Shown here one piece after another: positions 61,485 to 64,000 of a stretch of 64,000 bases of DNA; the stretch's first letter is position 1, and each line of letters opens with the position of its first letter. Location of the stretch: NCBI GenBank assembly GCA_019752015.1, contig JAIEMQ010000006.1, positions 8,842 to 72,841 on the forward strand, in the 5' to 3' direction. The stretch comes from Cyanobacteriota bacterium (GTDB lineage: Bacteria > Acidobacteriota > Vicinamibacteria > Vicinamibacterales > UBA2999). The notes under the pieces were generated by a model that was not told the DNA's origin, searched no databases, and worked only from the letters and a program-made list of their open reading frames with translations. Position numbers and translations under genes: made by a program.

Positions 61485-63094
61485 CAGAAAGCAAACATCG
61501 GCGTGTACTTGACGACCAATCCTCGTCCCGCAGGCTGTGTGATATCGGTGAACTGCGACTCGTTGTAAACGACAAAGAAATCGCTCAGCGGCCGGTGAAT
61601 CAGGTTGAAGCGCACGTTGGCGGAGAACTGCTTGACGTCGTTGCGGTATTGCACGAGCGTATCGAGGAACATGTTCGAGCTGAATGAATAGCCGGTCGGC
61701 AGGTTGACGAGCGTGATCGTGAAGTCGGCTCGTGGAATGTCGAGCGAGATCTTCGTCACCTGCAGCCCAAGGTCGAACACCATGCGGTAGCTCGGACGGT
61801 AGAGCACGCTGCTCTTATGCCGGTGCGGCGCACGAACCCGAGATCGTCCCGGAAGCCCTCGCCGATCTTCATGATCGAAGTCTGCAGCCGCTTGCCGCTG
61901 TCCTCCCAGCCGATCGACGCCTTCGCGGAATCCTGATCGGTCGTGACGCCGCGTGATTCCGATCGCGCGAAGAAGCCGTTGATACTGAGGTTCCTGAAGA
62001 AGCGGAAGTCCGTATCGACACCGACGACGCGATTGAAATCCGCGCTGTCCCCATTCGGCTCGCGTGAAATGACGATGGCGCCGACGTCGGAGCTGCGGAA
62101 CAAATCGCGTCGCACCCGGGCCACGGTGTAGTTGGTGCTCGGCCTGCCGCCCTCATCCTTGCTCTGCATCGTCATCAAGCCGAGCGTAAAACCTCCGGCG
62201 CGGCCGGTCAGGCGGACGCCGCCGTGCAGCGGTTCCTGTTCGCCGGCGTCGTTCAAGCCAATACGCCGGCTGAACAACAGCAGCAGATCTTCCTCGGGTG
62301 GACGGAACCGCGCGACCGATCGCGAATTGCGCGGGATGTCGCCGAAGTAGAAGATGCCGGCGTTTTCGAGGAAGAACTCGCGCTTCCCGGGGAAGAACAG
62401 GCTGAACTGCGTGAGGTTGACCTGCTGCTCGTCGGCCTCCGCCTGCGCGAAGTCGGGATTGATCGTGGCGTCGAAGGTCAGCGACGGGGTGATGGCGGCC
62501 TTGATGTCGACGCCGGCAGTGAAATCGTTGTCGAACTCGTGGCCGCCGAGACCGCGAACGCCGCTCGCCGCCATGAACGGCTTGATGCGGAGGTTGCGGC
62601 CCCTGGCGAAGCGCGGGCAATCCGGTCAGCGTGCCCGCTGACGAGGATCGGAATGTCGAATACGCGCGCGACACCCGCGACCAGTAGCTGAGCTCGTTTT
62701 TCCTGCGCACGCGCCGCGCGAAGTTGACGCCCCAGGTCTGGCCGTCGCCCGCTTCGAAGCGCAGCGTCTTGAATGGCGGATCTCGTTGACGACAATGCGG
62801 GCGGGATCGGTGTCGCGGCAGAGCGCGCCGATGTAGAGATAGCCGGCGTCGTAGGCAATGCGGACTTCCGTCGACTCAGTCGCGGCTGGCCTTCGAGCGG
62901 ATCGGCCTGGATGAAATCGCCGGCGGGCACCGCGCGCTTCCAGACCTCTTCGTCCGCGCGCCGTCGATCACGATTGGCGTGCTGGTCTGGATCGCCTGCA
63001 TCTGGCGCCGGCCATCCGGAGACGAAATCGTTGTCTGTGCGAATGCCGGTGCCGCGAAGCACGCCATCAACAACGCCAATGCGAGGCGCTTCAT
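61484..63094 (-). pseudogene. decayed CBM9/DUF5916-type secreted barrel protein (several 1-nt frameshifts plus internal deletions)
   Basis: Pieces in at least 5 frames: MKRLALALLMACFAAPAFAQ..TPIVIDGA; EEVWKRAVPAGDFIQADPLEGQP; ATESTEVRIAYDAGYLYIGALCRD; RRKNELSYWSRVSRAYS..AGTLTGL; DFAQAEADEQQVNLTQFSLFFPGKREFFLENAGIFYFG..; C-terminus ..GLVVKYTPMFAF. Confidence 0.7.
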
Positions 63095-63973
63095 CGTCTT
63101 GAGGAAATCGTTCGGCAGCGGCGCCTCCACGGCGATCCGCTTGCCTGTGATCGGATGCGGAAACGCCAGCGTCCACGCATGCAGCATGTTGCGGGGAGCC
63201 TGTCTCGCCGAAGCCTTGGCGGAGGCGGAGGGCCTGGGGTCATCATCACCGGAATACACACGTTCGCCGATTAGCGGGTGTCCGAGTTTTTCGAGATGCA
63301 AGCGTATCTGATGCTGCCTTCCGGTGTGCAGGCGCAATTCCAGCAAGGCGGCGTTCTTCAACCGCTCGCGGACTTTGTAGTCAGTCGTCGCGTCGAGGCC
63401 TGATTTGTCCGCATCAACGAGCTTGCGGCGGCCGTCGCGATAGCCGGATGAAATGCGCGCGTGGATTGTGCCCTTCGGCGGATCGGGAATGCCCTGCACG
63501 AGCGCCAGGTAGTGACGCTCGAAACGATGCGCCTTGAAATTGTCGCGCCCGGCGGCATGCGCGTCCTTCGACAATGCGACGGCCAGCGAGCCGGACGTGT
63601 CGCGATCGAGGCGATGCAGCATGCCGACATACGTCTTGTGCCCGCGCTTGAACAGCATGTACTCGCGCACGCGCTTGAGCACGGTGTCTTCGGAATTGCC
63701 GGCCTCGGGACTCGACGGGATCGACAGCAGGCCGGCGGGCTTGTTGAGGACGATGATGTCGTCGTCTTCGTGCAGGATGTCGAACGACGCCCGCGCGCGC
63801 GATTGCGCGGGCCGGTTGATATTCAGATCGACGACGGCATCGTCGTACACGTCGAGGCCGGGATCGCGTTGACCCCGGCCATCGACGGTGACTTGTCCTT
63901 TCTCAATCGCTTCGCGGATCTTGCTCCACGATAATTCCGGGTGCTTTGCCTTAAGGCGTTTATCGAGTCGCAT
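62876..63973 (-). CDS. RluA-family pseudouridine synthase (ORF has no stop of its own and runs ~76 codons into the decayed downstream gene)
   Basis: S4-like N-terminus, then IIVLNKPAGLLS, HRLDRDTSG, GRQHQIRLH and ..EAPLPNDFLKT. It reads straight into MKRLALALLMACFAAPAFAQ in the same frame. Confidence 0.8.
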   Translation of the reverse strand: MRLDKRLKAKHPELSWSKIREAIEKGQVTVDGRGQRDPGLDVYDDAVVDLNINRPAQSRARASFDILHEDDDIIVLNKPAGLLSIPSSPEAGNSEDTVLKRVREYMLFKRGHKTYVGMLHRLDRDTSGSLAVALSKDAHAAGRDNFKAHRFERHYLALVQGIPDPPKGTIHARISSGYRDGRRKLVDADKSGLDATTDYKVRERLKNAALLELRLHTGRQHQIRLHLEKLGHPLIGERVYSGDDDPRPSASAKASARQAPRNMLHAWTLAFPHPITGKRIAVEAPLPNDFLKTMKRLALALLMACFAAPAFAQTTISSPDGRRQMQAIQTSTPIVIDGARTKRSGSARCPPAISSRPIRSKASRD

Positions 63974-64000
63974 AACGAGGCACGGAGACGGAACGGAGCC

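Noticed and set aside
1-64000. Genomic island, prophage or defence-island interpretation of the window
   Set aside because: No integrase, transposase, tRNA attachment site, phage structural gene, restriction-modification, Cas, or other recognisable defence gene is present. The only compositional outliers I noticed by eye are the short intergenic repeats. The window reads as core or accessory metabolic chromosome.

Overview
High-GC bacterial chromosomal segment. I found no rRNA, tRNA, CRISPR, transposase, integrase or phage genes. The gene content suggests Acidobacteriota (inference only, no search possible): an intact and a decayed ADOP-type duplicated FtsX permease, CarboxypepD_reg-type TonB-dependent receptors, a BlaI/M56 module, and many secreted peptidases and hydrolases. 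About 50 CDS look intact. They include pyk and gnd-zwf. A translationally coupled three-gene 2-oxoacid:acceptor oxidoreductase (GltD-like flavoprotein/ferredoxin fusion, korA, korB) is also present. A reductive pyrimidine/hydantoin locus carries dihydropyrimidinase, a PreA-like dehydrogenase, an NCS1 permease, an aldehyde dehydrogenase and DUF763. Other genes are Tat-exported PhoD, two sensor kinases, a PQQ dehydrogenase, a patatin, MBL hydrolases, M28 peptidases, CotH, a B12-radical SAM enzyme, an RRM RNA-binding protein and amidases. Four things stand out. (1) At least five genes are decayed by frameshifts plus internal deletions. (2) There are several families of structured or palindromic and period-8/9 tandem intergenic repeats. 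These include two ~222-bp multi-hairpin elements with compensatory stem changes, two ~105-bp GGGGTCAGACCC-ended palindromes, and an AGGTCTTG microsatellite that starts at the stop codon of two outer-membrane barrel genes. (3) Most operon-leading genes have a TAnnnT box 5-8 nt upstream of the start codon and no Shine-Dalgarno sequence. This implies leaderless mRNAs, with back-to-back or overlapping -10 boxes in 25-31 bp divergent intergenic regions. (4) Three 11-bp-phased direct repeats sit at the -35 position of phoD. I did not find a convincing new multi-gene defence or biosynthetic system. The best leads for new biology are the repeat/RNA-structure families, the BlaI-M56-TonB receptor module and the radical SAM-DUF4159 pair. 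All family calls rest on motif recognition by eye. Start codons are my best choice and may differ from the ORF track.
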